A stretch of DNA of 64,000 nucleotides from Candidatus Marinacidobacterales bacterium. GTDB taxonomy: Bacteria > Acidobacteriota > Vicinamibacteria > Marinacidobacterales > SMYC01. Under the pieces are notes generated by a model. That model ran no database searches and was not told the origin of the DNA. It was given only the letters and a program-made list of their open reading frames with translations. The stretch is from positions 672,001 through 736,000 of the forward strand of contig CBDCYI010000005.1 in the NCBI GenBank assembly GCA_965224085.1, written 5' to 3'. This document shows positions 63,614 through 64,000 of the stretch, in pieces; position 1 is the first letter of the stretch, and every line of letters starts with the position of its first letter. A program made the translations under genes and the position numbers.

Positions 63614-63907
63614 ATGAAGAAAGTCAAAATGTTGACGGGACAAGAGATTCCTCTCGATGGGGATCTTCTCTTTGTGTTGGAATCGCTCTATCGCGAAGTC
63701 GCGCTCAAACGCGAGCTCAGAGCGACGTTTGATGACATGATGAGCGAGATCGTAAACATCGTGGAGGGCATGGACGAAGAGACGCGCAAGCAGTACCTCA
63801 TCGAAAGCCTCTTCTTGAATACGGTGACATACGAGAACGAACGACTTGGAGCTTACATGAAAAAGCTGAGCGGTCAGGCGGGCGAGGACAAAGGATCGAA
63901 GCTATGA
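63614..63907 (+). CDS. Hypothetical protein
   Basis: Compact ORF in operon, overlapping the next start. Confidence 0.7.
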   Translation: MKKVKMLTGQEIPLDGDLLFVLESLYREVALKRELRATFDDMMSEIVNIVEGMDEETRKQYLIESLFLNTVTYENERLGAYMKKLSGQAGEDKGSKL

Positions 63908-64000
63908 AACGCGACCGAGCCCTGCACGTCGTCGGGATTCTGATGCTCGTCGCAGCGGGAGCGACGGCCTTTGCCGGGACGGCGCAGATTAACAAGAGCG
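63904..64000 (+). CDS. Exported protein, runs off the window
   Basis: MKRDRALHVVGILMLVAAGATAFA signal peptide. Confidence 0.6.
   Translation, partial: MKRDRALHVVGILMLVAAGATAFAGTAQINKS

Overview
GC-rich bacterial chromosome segment; gene content and protein style suggest Acidobacteriota, possibly Vicinamibacteria (inference). It has three parts. (1) 1-5589: folC, a CAP-domain gene and an hcrCAB-like molybdenum hydroxylase operon. (2) About 5600-47900: a 42-kb mosaic of intact and shattered mobile elements (IS110, IS6, IS5, IS256, IS3, IS21, IS1380, ISNCY, IS200, rve-integrase elements, a group II intron, a DUF2924-large serine recombinase unit). These are interleaved with defence debris (orphan cas2e, Z1 + PD-(D/E)XK pair, a type III restriction-like fragment) and a few cargo blocks (amidohydrolase/diheme cytochrome c/PQQ dehydrogenase; TonB receptor/atypical GGT/M16 peptidase pair; GltS; DUF547). 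The two edges cut unrelated genes (a Tat-signal gene on the left, trmFO on the right). (3) 47900-64000: core genes (topA, dprA, TPR-lipoprotein-Omp85 operon, rplU, rpmA, obgE, rsfS, sigma54 activator, LapA/LapB-like, comF, ECF sigma, STAS). No rRNA, tRNA or CRISPR array was seen. The best leads are an apparently intact IS110 with definable ends and a candidate bridge RNA, an envelope peptide-processing operon with a Ser-nucleophile GGT, a peptidase-propeller-Omp85 operon, helically phased AACAGGGAA repeats, and natural catalytic E-to-Q variants. All family calls come from motif recognition by eye; no database searches were run.
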